A stretch of DNA of 64,000 nucleotides, from contig NC_058382.1 of the NCBI RefSeq assembly GCF_018350175.1, positions 51,400,001 to 51,464,000 of the forward strand, written 5' to 3'. The notes under the pieces were generated by a model. The model was given only the letters and a program-made list of their open reading frames with translations. It was not told where the DNA came from and made no database searches. Numbering within the stretch: position 1 is the first letter of the stretch; each line of letters begins with the position of its first letter. Made by a program: the position numbers and the translations under genes. Below are positions 1 to 11,000 of the stretch, piece by piece. The stretch comes from Felis catus (Eukaryota).

Positions 1-217
1 GTTAATAAAGAAAAATACAAAACAAATAAAGGAAACGAGCTCACCATTCTACCCTGACTTCGGTCGAATAGAACAACATTCACCAGATGGTACAGTGAAC
101 ATAGTCCGCCATTTAAATACTAAGTCTCCTTATTAAGGGTCCTAAGGGCTACCCAGCCAGTAGAAAGTTTCCTTACTGTTTTCGCAGGTGTGAGTGAAGC
201 ATCCATTCATACCATAC

Positions 218-377
218 CTAGAGTGTCACATGGTTCATTCTTCCAGGAACAAATGTCAAATCCCGTGAGGAGGATGGCATGGTCATGCCTCTTGCCATTC
301 TTTCCAGTGAGGGCGGACTGCCATTGACAGAAACTATTCAGAGACTGGTCTGCATGATGGTTGATCAATAATCCTCC
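218..377 (-). CDS. ADAMTS18: ADAMTS18 coding exon (exon 7): metalloprotease domain
   Basis: 160 nt, catag|GGAGGA...CTCTAG|gtatgg. Translates GGLLINHHADQSLNSFCQWQSALTGKNGKRHDHAILLTGFDICSWKNEPCDTL(G), with the typical ADAMTS SFCxWQ, HDxAILLT and PCDTLG motifs. Confidence 0.97.
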
Positions 378-1638
378 CTATGGGAAACCCACACAAATCA
401 GAGCATGAATGTGTCTCAGAGGCAAGAACGTTGAATCATTCCATTTGTACAGGCAAACACAGAAACATCATGCTTCTGGGGAGAAAGGTCAGTAGAGGAA
501 AACACTTGAGCCAAGGTTGGAGACAGAAGTTAAAAAAAAAAACAACCCTAAAGCTATTTAGGTAAATTCTCACAACATTTCAAGCCACTACAGAGTTTTA
601 GTAGTATACTTTATGACCAATTCTCTATCTACAAAAAAATCAAATAACCTGACATCAGTTAGGAATCTCTATGTTCATTTCATGCTAATATCACCTTTAC
701 ACAACTGTTATAGCTTTTTGTAACAGTTAGATTATATATATATATTATATATATATATAGTTAGATTATTATATATATTTTATGTAAGTTAGATTATAAC
801 TTGTAGCCTAATTGTAAGTTAATGGTGATAAAGTTCAACGCTCTCTTCAATAGAGCATGAGGAAGGTAGTGACCACAGCTTATTCACGCCTACGTCACAA
901 TTTCCAGCAAAGGGCTTGACACATCATAGATTAAAATCAATCCATCCATCAGTCAATAAAATGAAAGCTCACTGAACGGATGTAGAAACAAATAGTTATA
1001 AGATTCTGAGGGGGTAAGACGGAACCTAGCCTTAACATAATTATTTACCAAAATCTGTCCTTACAACTACTGACTTGGGTCAAGTGGAGGGTTTTTAGAC
1101 TAGGTCTTTAATTATCTGTGAATTAGGATGCCTCTGGCTTCAATGTCCTTGGGCGAAGTATAAGTGGTAGGTTAAAGACACGAGTGTCTCTCAAGAACAC
1201 ACACCCTCCTTTCTACCTTTCTAAAATTCCAAGAGCAACGTGACAGGTTGTTAACCTCTGCAGCTCTACACACCTGGACCATTAGATTAATTTTCGTCTT
1301 GTCTCCGACTCCTTGCTTTGTACATTAATTACTGGGGTTACACATGAAGAGGAGAAGCCACAGGGGACTTAAAAAATGGTTTGAGTGGTAATCCCCATCT
1401 CAGAAAAATACAGTTTCAGCATCGAAACACTACAAAGCAGTGGGAGCCATGCAATTAACACGTTATTATATGGTCTGGTTTTATAATTTACCCCATACCT
1501 GTGTCCTGCACCTCAAGGTAATCAATTCAAGGGCAGCTAAATATTCCTTATTTATTCTCTGTGGTACCTGAGATGGTGCTGGGGAGACGGTAGGTTTACT
1601 GTAAGAATTTTCTGGTGACTTATGCTCAGTGTATTTTC

Positions 1639-1866
1639 TTTCTTTTTTTTTTTTTTAATTTTTTTTAACGTTTTATTTATTTTTGAGACAGAGACAGAGC
1701 ATGAACGGGGGAGGGGCAGAGAGAGAGGGAGACACAGAATCAGAAGCAGGCTCCAGGCTCTGAGCCATCCGCCCAGAGCCCGACACGGGGCTCGAACTCA
1801 CGGACCACGAGATCGTGACCTGAGCTGAAGTCGGACGTTTAACCGACTGAGCCACCCAGGCGCCCC
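1639..1866 (-). mobile_element. Can-SINE (felid SINEC_Fc type)
   Basis: tRNA-derived head GGGGCGCCTGGGTGGCTCAG on the minus strand, (CT)n and poly-A tail. TSD ctcagtgtattttc at 1625-1638 and 1868-1881. Confidence 0.95.
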
Positions 1867-2287
1867 TCTCAGTGTATTTTCAAAATATGCTTTGACCTCA
1901 ACCTGCAATTACCTAGCATGTCCAAGATCCAAAATCCAACTAACCCTTAAAGCTATTATCAAATGCACCTTCCCTGTGAAGCCTACATAATATTTGTATT
2001 TTTATACATAATTTAATATTGATATTACACAAGCATATTCAATCATACGTATGTGTCACTGTATGCATACATATATACCATATATATTTGCAGATAAGTA
2101 ATTATTTGGTGATGTTCTAGTTAAGTACACAACCCTGTTTGATTGTACTTTCTTTGAGGGCAGGGTCAGCATATTTTCCAGCTTGAATTTCTAGTGACTA
2201 GTTCGTGGACCAGCACATAGTAGGTATTCAATAAGTATATCCTGAATGGCAGAATGAATTAAGAAATAAGTGAAGTTTGGCACGTAC

Positions 2288-2371
2288 AGGTTCTTGTTCC
2301 AGAAGAATGAGGCTCACCACAACAATGTTTATATCACTTCCAATGGTCCCATCTTTAAATAGGCTAGAAAC
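2288..2371 (-). CDS. ADAMTS18: ADAMTS18 coding exon (exon 6): metalloprotease domain
   Basis: 84 nt, caacag|GTTTCT...GAACCT|gtacgt. Translates VSSLFKDGTIGSDINIVVVSLILLEQEP. Confidence 0.96.
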
Positions 2372-2630
2372 CTGTTGGAACAATTGAAATCAAACAAAAA
2401 TAAACAAAATCTGAAAATTTCCCCAACTCTGTATCAATCAGACATGTTCGTAAGTATATAGGCTTCAGTTTTACCAAATATATATACACATGAAGCCAAT
2501 TTCCTCAAAACTAATTTTTTTTCAACATAATAATGTAGCTATATCTGCTATTCAATCACACAAGGACATTCTATGATTTTTAGCCTGATTTGGGAACCAG
2601 AATGGCTGGAGTCCTCACAAACTCCCTTAC

Positions 2631-2824
2631 CATGTTCATGACTGTGAGAATGTACGTGGTGACATTTGCCTTGCCATGTTTTTCCACCATTTTCTTGTCT
2701 GCTACTACAAGGGTTTCCACATTTAGGCCCTTTTGTGACTTTCCAGCTGATCTTCTGGGTCGCCCTGTACTCCCGTATTCATCAAACCTGAGATAGGTGT
2801 CCTCCGTGGGAGGCTTAGGGGCAT
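2631..2824 (-). CDS. ADAMTS18: ADAMTS18 coding exon (exon 5): furin site RPRR and start of the reprolysin metalloprotease domain
   Basis: 194 nt, tgtag|ATGCC...AACATG|gtaagg. Translates (Y)[64 protein letters not shown], in frame with the previous exon. Confidence 0.97.
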
Positions 2825-4039
2825 CTACAATGAACAGAAGAGCATTTGGAAGGGATTATCAGTAGAGAACATCTGCATGAGGTAGACAGAAATCTCAACA
2901 AGGGGAGGAAAGAGTCTAGGTAACCAACACTTGACTGATCTGATAAATAATGTCTTTGGTGCTTGTCCCGGGGCTTTGCCCTTAGTTTGTGAAGAAAAGT
3001 TCATTCAGTAGAAGTTGGTGGATGGATGGACTCAATAAGTCAAAAATACTCAATGAGTTAAAAAAAAAAATACACAACCAAACAATCTACAAATCTAGTT
3101 GGTACAGCAGATCAAGAAAAATCAATTTTATCAAAAGAGTCTTTAAAAACAGATAATGCTCATTTTATTTTACTAACGAAACACTGCAGAAGTAGACATT
3201 ATCCTTTGCATCTGAATTCCTAACACCTCATATACCTTCTAAATAAAATTTAGAAATATATGTCCAACAGGACATTATCCGCGTCTAATACCCCTGTCTC
3301 ATCAATACAAACTTTAAGGGGTCAATAAGGACTCCATGACCTAATATTGAGTTACTTATTGGGGAAATAGCATAGTCAGAGGTGAAATTTAAAATCATAT
3401 CAACTAGTTTGTAACAGGTAAAGTGCAGGTACCACCTTTATGGTGGCCATGGCCTTTGAGAGGAGACCTGGAAGTCTCAGGATGTGGGGCAGACATGATC
3501 CCTTTAGTTAATGGAGAGTGACAAGTCCAAGGGTTGCTGGGAGGGAACAGGACATTTAAAAATGTAACACTAATACGGAGTTACTTTCATACTTTCACAA
3601 GTGGTACCGTCATTATAATGGTCATAACAGCTCTCCACGGAATGAGAAGATCAAATTATTTAGAATTAGATATAAAACCTCAGGTCAGGCACTTTGATAA
3701 GTGACCCTGAGTCTCAGTTTCCTCATCAATGAAAAGAACATAATATCCATAATACCAGTCCTAAGCCTGCTCTAAAAATTAGCTTTGATATCTATCAAAC
3801 ACGTATCAGTGTCACTACGAATATCACCACTATTAGGAATACCACTATTATTTCAAATCCATGCCAAATAGGTGTTCCCTAAAGAGGATATTTCTGTTAA
3901 TACCCTAAACCCCAAAGACCAACTAAAATGGTAGAGACACGATATTTCACTGTTGCTCCCCATCAATAGCTCAGGGTTACTAGTTCCTCTTCTCCTTGGG
4001 TGGAACCATCCAACTTCTATCCAACTTCTCTATCTAACT

Positions 4040-4510
4040 CAGTACTCCTCTGCGACTCGTGGCTACTGAGCCTTGGAAATGTGTCTGACGCCACTGGTGA
4101 AACTGAATTTTTAATTTGAATTTGAATAAATTTCAATTTAAATTAAGAAAGCAACACTTGATTCAGTTCTGGAGAAACAAGTATGTTTGGAACAACTTGA
4201 ATATATAACTCTACTTTTCCAACCTTAAATGTTATGAAATCCAAATACAGATTAAGTATGTCTGAGGAAAACTTATTGTCTAGATTGAAATTGTGCTCTA
4301 AGGGTTAAATACTAGATTTCCAAAACATCATGTAAATTACCAGATAATAACTTAATATTGATTACATGTTGAGATATTTTGTAATATATCGGGTTAAATA
4401 AGATACATTATTAAAATTCATCCACCAATCTTCAATTTTTTTTTAAACATGGCATTAGGACATTTAAAACTACTTTTGGGGCTGACATTGTATTTCTATT
4501 AGACACCGCT
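4040..4510. mobile_element. hAT-Charlie DNA transposon remnant (MER33/Charlie1-like)
   Basis: Recalled motifs gtggctactgagc..ttggaaatgtg, attgattacatgttga and tatttctattagaca. Confidence 0.65.
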
Positions 4511-4784
4511 TGTCTACAAAATGCAAAAGGTTGTGCCCAGGTCACAAACCATGCCCAAGGGTCGCTGTATCTCACTGTCACATCTCCTGAGGGGCCAATG
4601 TTCTCATATCTCGTGAAGCTATGTTTCAAGAGCTCAAAGAGAACAAACACCCAACCGCATCATCACTGGAAGACTGGCTACTTTTCTCATGAGCATAGAA
4701 ACTAAGATGATATGGGAACCCATAACTAAAAAGTAGGAGATGCTAAACAAAAACAAACAAAAACTTATCAAAATCTTTCCTAGT

Positions 4785-4985
4785 GGGGCACCTGGGTGGC
4801 TCAGTCAGTTGAACGTCCAACTCTTGATTTCGGCTCAGGTCATGATCTCACGGCTCATGGGTTCAAGCCCTGCATCAGGCTCCTCACTGGCAGTACAGAA
4901 CCTGCTTGGGATCCTCTCTCTCTGTTCTCCGTCTGTCCCTCCCTCACTTATACTCTCTCTCTCTCAAACTCAACTTAAAAAAACA
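4785..4985 (+). mobile_element. Can-SINE
   Basis: Head ggggcacctgggtggctcag; TSD aaaatctttcctagt on both sides. Confidence 0.93.
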
Positions 4986-5198
4986 AAAATCTTTCCTAGT
5001 TTAATCTAGAAGAATTAAGAACTGATCACCCAGCTTTTGCCTGACACAGATGAATATTGGTCCATCTCTAAGACTAATTTCAGGGGATGCTTAGGGTAGC
5101 CCCATTTTAACCTGCAAAATCAACATACCCAATGGCACTCAAGAAAGACTATGGAGGGCCCACATAAGAACAGAGTAAGAAAAAGTTTCCTTACATAC

Positions 5199-5481
5199 AT
5201 TTCTTGCGTCGTCCACAAAAATGCTGCTTTTGCAACCTTGGGTGGTGATGCTCTCTTTCTTGACTCCGAGATGTGTGGGGCATGTGAGTTGGGGGGTGAC
5301 CAGGATGATGCCCGCTGGAGCCTAGGTAGCCATGGCAACGCTGGATCTTCTCCTCAGCCGTCCTTTTGTACAGTACGTGAGGATGATGCCCTGCAGGTGC
5401 ACTGTAGTTATGTTCCTGGGCCAGCAGCTGAGGTAACGGGGAGATGAGGAATTCATTTTTTCGGGTCCTTATTAGACCTGA
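5199..5481 (-). CDS. ADAMTS18: ADAMTS18 coding exon (exon 4 by human numbering): prodomain C-terminal part with cysteine switch
   Basis: 283 nt, ttttag|TCAGGT...AAGAAAT|gtatgt. Translates SGLIRTRKNEFLISPLPQLLAQEHNYSAPAGHHPHVLYKRTAEEKIQRCHGYLGSSGHHPGHPPTHMPHTSRSQEREHHHPRLQKQHFCGRRKK, recognised as the ADAMTS18 prodomain. Phase 0 in, phase 1 out. Confidence 0.96.
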
Positions 5482-5769
5482 CTAAAAACCAAACACACAG
5501 AAAACATTAATGATTCCATGCATCTCTTTTTTCACATGGTGATTTTCAGTAACTTTATTGGCTACTTCCTGTGTGTGGGCACTGTACTAAGCAACTGACA
5601 TGACTTATCTATTTTATATGTACCATTAGCAGTTACAATGTTATTACCCCCATTTTAGAGAGGACAAAGCCGAGGCTAAGGCACTTAAGTAGGAAAGCCA
5701 GCACTGGCCTTATAGGGACAGAAAAATAATTTTCCTGTGACTTTTCTAGGTTTGTGGGTCAGACCCCAT

Positions 5770-7606
5770 TGATGAGAGAGCATAAGGCAATCTGAGGGCA
5801 AAGCAAACGCTAACAATCCCCTCTTCCCCGACCCTACGTGGGATATGTGTGATATTCCTCGGACACTCCCAGCTGTCCAAGAATAAAGGAAAGGAGAGAA
5901 AACAAATGGTTAAATGATACAGATCACAGTCATGAAGGACATGAGTCTCCATGTGTTTACAAATATCTTAGTAAATTACGAGAGAAAGGCAACCTTATCA
6001 GTAGCCTAATCTCCAGAAACCTATAGACTCAGTTTCCTGGAGCCCTAACATCACCCTCCCCTCCATAGTGATGTGGGGAACAAAGGCAAGGAAACGGCAG
6101 GTAAATACTCAACATGTCTCCGGAGGCAAGGGAAACAAAAGCAAAAATGAACTATTGGGACCTTATCAAAATAAAAAGCTTCTGCACAGCGAAGGAAACA
6201 GTCAGCTAAACTAAAAGGCAACCTTCGGAACGGGAGAAGATATTTGCAAACGACATATCAGATAAAGGGTTAGTATCCAAAATCTAGAAAGAACTTATCA
6301 AACTCAACCCCCACAAAACAAAGAGTCCAGTGAAGAAATGGGCCAAAGACATGAATAGACACTTCTCCAAAGAAGACATCCCGATGGCCAACCGACACAT
6401 GAAAAAATGCTCAACGTCATGCGTCATCAGGGAAATACAAATCAAAACCACCACGAGATACCACCTCACCCCTGTCAGAATGGCTAACGTGAACAACTCG
6501 GGCAACCACAGATGTTGGCGAGGATGCGGAGAGAGAGGATCTCTTTTGCATTATTGGTGGCAATGCAAGCTGGTGCAGCCACTCTGGAAAACAGTATGGA
6601 GGTTCCTCAAAAAACTAAAAATAGAACCACCCTATGACCCAGCAATTGCACTAGTAGGGATACTAGCAATTACACTAGTAAGGGATACAGGTGTGCTGTT
6701 TCGAAGGGACACTTGCAACCCCATGTTTATAGCAGCACTATCAACAGTAGCCAAAGTATTGAAAGAGCCCAAATGGCAATCGACGGATGAATGGATAAAG
6801 AAGATGTGGTATATATGTGCAATGGACTATTACTCGGCAATCAAAAAGAATGAGATCTTGCCATTTGCAACTATGTGGATGGAACTGGAGGGTATTATGC
6901 TAAGTGAAGTTAGTCAGAGAAAGACAACTATCATAGGACTTCACTCATACGAGGACTTTAAGAGACAAAACAGATGAACATAAGGGAAGGGAAACAAAAA
7001 TAATATAAAAACAGGGAGGGGACAAAACAGAAGAGACTCATAAATATGGAGAACAAACAGAGGGTTACGGGAGGGGTTATGGGAGGGGGGATGGGCTAAA
7101 TGGGGGAAGGGGCACTAAGGAATCTCCTCCTGAAATCATTGTTGCACTATAGGCTAACTAATTTGGATGTAAATTTAAAACAACAAAAAAATAAAATAAA
7201 ATAAAAAGAATGGCAGGTAAAAAATAATTTCTTTATAACCTGCAGCCCATTGGCAAATACTTGAGGCAAATACCCAGTAAAAGGTTTCTCCAGGAACCCC
7301 CTACTGTCATAATATTAATGCCTTACTAGAGGAAAAACAACCTTAGCTTGACAATAGCTAGGCCTCCAGTATCTTATTAATCTTCTCAATTTAACATATG
7401 AAAATCCCTTTAGGAACTTCCTCTGGACTTGATCTCCTCCAACTGCGGAGTATATAATCAGTCACTCCTCACAACCCCAGGGCAGCTCTTTCTGCCCACG
7501 GGTCCTGTCCCTGCACTTTAATAAAATGACCTTTTTGCACCAAACTCTCAAGAATTCTTTCTTGGCCACAGGCTCCGGACCCCAGCACCTTTCCAAAACC
7601 CCATCA
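5770..7606 (+). mobile_element. Carnivore ERV1-type solo LTR, interrupted by L1
   Basis: TGATG...CATCA inverted termini and a 4-bp TSD ccat/ccgt. TATA-like agtatataa near 7450 and AATAAA near 7520. Confidence 0.8.
6106..7205 (+). mobile_element. 5'-truncated, relatively young felid-type LINE-1 (ORF2 C-terminus, 3'UTR, A-rich tail)
   Basis: ORF 6330-6977 is the L1 ORF2p C-terminus ([16 protein letters not shown]...CWRGCGE...[11 protein letters not shown]...[11 protein letters not shown]). G-rich 3'UTR, (TAAAA)n tail, TSD aa(c/t)ggcaggtaaa. Confidence 0.95.
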
Positions 7607-8552
7607 CCGTTGTAATAAAAGATTAACAGGAGAAAAACAGACATTTAATAACATGTATACCTTCCATATATCTGGGAGTTACCCAGGAAAAGTGACTAAC
7701 TCCCCAAAAGGGCCCAAGACACCACTTTGTAAATAGTGTCTCTAGCTAAAGGTACAAGATGTTGAGGGGGTGATGGGGGCGGGAGAAGGGCAGTCATGCG
7801 AGGTTACGAGAAGCTCAGAAATAAAAAAAGATAGGTCGTGATGCAGATTGAAGTCTTGGCCCTCTCCATGACAAGTTGCTAGAGGTCTGGTCACCCAGAC
7901 CAGTGTTCCTGGTGCGGAGAGGGAGACACCCCCACAAATGGAGATTTCCCTTGCGGATGTAAATGTCGCTTACAAAATGGCAACTTATGCTCAGTTTACA
8001 GAGTGTTTCTTATGTCTGTAGTTTCTTCAAACAATCAGCCTAAAATAATCCTTATGCCCAAGAGGCATAGTTTGGGGCACCGGGAGGTCTCTACTCTCAG
8101 AGGCAATGCCCTCAGCCACTATTCCAGACTCTTCACTACTAATCTTGACATTTGTGACTCAGGGCCCCGCCCCGTGACATCCTAGAGCCTCTGCCTCTAC
8201 GAGGTGGGGGACGCGGCGGCAAACACTGGGCAGAGGGGGGCAGTTTGACAGCAGCCCCGATCTCAAGGGGCCCACATCAAGCGCCGGAAAAACCGAGACC
8301 TTCCATCATGGCTCCGCAGGCGCTAAGTAACAGGCTGGCGTGGGTGACGGAGGAGCGAGGGTGCTCATGGTCATCCCCATGGAGGGGCCTGGGGCTGCGT
8401 GATCCAGAGACAAATCTGCTAAAATGGAGAGGAAAGAGTCAACGAGGATTTCAGCCACCTCCGCTTTGACCTCAGTCTGTCCTTTCTCATCGATGAAACT
8501 CTTTCCAGCCTATCTCTTTGCTCAGGCAACAGACCCAGCGGGCAAAGGATCC

Positions 8553-8870
8553 TGTGGGGACTGAAACGCCCTCCTCAAGCAACAGGGACTGCCCTGACCC
8601 CGCGTGACTGACTCCAAGACCAGGATCGATTTGACCTTCACTGCCCACCTGCAGGTACCCACTGACCTTTGGCCCACATTTTCCTTATATAGGCTGGAAG
8701 TATTTTCAGCACTTTGGAGACAGCCTTTGAGACATGAGTCTCCTGTCTTCCTGGTGTTAGGCTCATTGAAATAAACCCCTTTCTTATTTCCCCACAATTC
8801 ATCTCTCTGCCTCGGGATTTTGCCAGTGGTGAGTGACCAGACCCGGTCGGTTTGGGAGCCCTGGAGCCAA
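8553..8870 (+). mobile_element. Carnivore LTR (CarLTR-like solo LTR); 3' boundary approximate
   Basis: Begins TG, has TATA-like cttatatagg near 8685 and AATAAA near 8770, with an LTR-like U3-R-U5 layout. Confidence 0.55.
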
Positions 8871-9103
8871 CCACCGTTTTGCTTTCCAAGTTCACGGCAC
8901 AAAGCGTGTCTCTTGGCACCAGGTATTTTAGCCGGAACGCACCCGGGCCTTCCCTCCCGCACCACCACCCTCTCTCTTCCTGCATTTGGTTCAGAAGTTC
9001 CCGGACACCCAGAGCCAGGTAGAGCAAGAGTGGTCTCCAGTTTCAGCCTGCCCAGGAGCTTGTTGGAGATGCCAACTCAGGAGGCTCCCCCCCCCTCCCC
9101 CCC

Positions 9104-9313
9104 AGTGGCTCAGCTGGTTAAGCATCTGAGTCTTGATCTGGGCTCAGGTCATGATCTCACAGTTTGTGAGATCAAGCCCCGCAGCAGGCTCTGTGCTGAC
9201 AGTGCTGTACCTGCTTGGGATTCTCTCCGTGTCCCTCTCTCTCTCTCTCTCTCTCTCTCTGCCCCTACCCTGCGTGCTCACTCTCTCCAAATAAATAAGC
9301 TTAAAAAACAAAA
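9104..9313 (+). mobile_element. Can-SINE inserted in a MER5-like hAT remnant (~9030-9400)
   Basis: gtggctcag...caggtcatgatctc...(CT)n...aataaa. Confidence 0.88.
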
Positions 9314-10653
9314 GGAGAGACGTGACCCCAGATCTGCTGCATCAGAGTCCGCATTTTATTTAGATCCCCTGGTGATCTGTCGGTCTGTGAACCGGCCAGC
9401 AATTCTTGAACTCTGCTCAACGTCGGAAACACCTAGGGATCCGAAAGGTACGTGCAGACTCCCTCACTCCCAGGCAGGATCTCGTATCATCAAAAACCAA
9501 CTCTCTGCCCTTGTGACCCATGCATCAGAACTTTTGTCTTTAACCTCTCTGATGACTATCCCAATGCACCAAAGACTTTGTGAACCAGTCCTCCTAGACC
9601 TTAGCTTCTTCATGAGCAGAATGGGGAGACTCCTGCCCAGCCCGATACCTTACAAGGCGACCTAGAATGGCCATTGCAGAAATCCATCATACGTGCTCGA
9701 CTGCAGCCGTCTTGATGACTGAGGATGACGGATGATGCATGACTGAATCAACACACACTAAGTGCCAGGCAAGTGCCAGCCACACGACTGTGCAAGAGAT
9801 ACACAAACACAGCATGTGGTTTGCTGGGGAAACAGACGCCTAAAAATTCAAGGATGGTACCAAATGCGAAGGGGGAGTTGGGGTGAGAGCAGATTACTAT
9901 GGGAGCACAGAGGCGTGTGTGGAGGGGTGGCACCAGATGGGCTGTGCCCGGGGCCTAATGTCAGCCCGATGTTAGGGTTCAGCTTCCCATTCCTAAAAGA
10001 AGTCCCAGAACCTGTGGCTTGGTCCTGATTTTCCTCCCCCTGCAGAAGGGTGTTGCCTTCTGAAAGACTGTCTTACTGACTTATTATCTGGAACTGGGAC
10101 ACGGACAGATGCCTTCCTTGGCTCAGTCAACTCACACTGAGCACCGAATTAGCAGTCATGTTCTAGGCACTGGCATAAAGAACAGAGGCACACAGAAAGG
10201 CAATAGAATAGTTCACATTCATATTCTGGTGGAGATCCAGGGAGAAGAGAAATCGACTGGCAAGATAAAAATTCAGATAAGTGAAATCCCACAATCCAGG
10301 AATCCTGTCCGTCATTAAGTTCAGGCTGGATCTCAGAGTGACCTGCCCTTCCCCACCCAGCCCAGGGTCATGCTGGTAGGTTCTTCCGTCGCTCATTTGG
10401 ATACTTTCTGTTGAGTCTCCCCAAGCCACCTGCCTCCTCTCCAATATGGTCCCCTGGCATCAGCAAGAGCCCTTGTCCAATGTAATCAACTCCTTCCATA
10501 CACTCAGGTACTGATCTCAAATCCGAATCTCGTTTCTGGGTCCACAGGCCCTGCATAGCCTGCCCCGCATGGAGCAGGGCAGCTCTCCCTCCCTTCTCAC
10601 CTTTCCCAACAGGGCATTTATTTCACTTTTTGAGGCTACAGTGTTCTTTTACT

Positions 10654-11000
10654 TGAAGGGGAACAGAATTAGCCCCAAACATGCCTCTTGGGCACAAGGA
10701 TTATCTTGAGCTGGTTATTTTTACCCATCGGCCCACCTAGGAGAAGCTCTGAAAGCCAAGAAGTTACCCTTCGGTCAGAGACGTTTGCATTTATAAAGGA
10801 AATCAGGACTGGAAACTCTTCTCCATGGAGAAGGTGGGGACTTCAATCTGCATAACAACTGAGCCTTTGCTGACTGCCCGAGGCCTGCAGAGGCCCCATA
10901 ACTGCCCCCCTCAACACCTTTTGTCTTTAGCTGGCCTTGATATTTAAGGTGGTGTCTTGGGCCCTCCCCACACACACCTGCACAGACTTTTTCTTTGACC
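10654..11000 (+). mobile_element. MER34-like ERV1 LTR fragment
   Basis: Starts tgaaggggaacagaat..ccccaaacatgcctc. Shares aatctgcataacaac and gtctttagct with the reverse complement of 7610-8080. Confidence 0.6.

Larger units (their letters stand above)
5711..8080 (-). mobile_element. MER34-like ERV1 solo LTR, split by nested insertions (parts at 5711-5769 and 7607-~8080)
   Basis: Joining 5769 to 7611 restores a continuous LTR-like sequence (agggacagaaaaataatttt...gtaataaaagattaacaggag...taatccttatgcccaagaggcata). It resembles, in the opposite orientation, the element at 10654. Confidence 0.65.

Noticed and set aside
725..800. Three agttagattat units with TA spacers, superficially array-like
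   Set aside because: The spacers are low-complexity TA, so this is microsatellite slippage and not a CRISPR-like array.
5151..5447. Plus-strand ORF of 98 aa (and likewise 2590-2796)
   Set aside because: Antisense shadows of ADAMTS18 exons.
8820..9665. Longest ORF in the track (281 aa)
   Set aside because: It runs through an LTR end, a MER5-like remnant and a SINE (VAQLVKHLSLDLGSGHDL is SINE translation), has a non-ATG start, and shows no recognisable domain.
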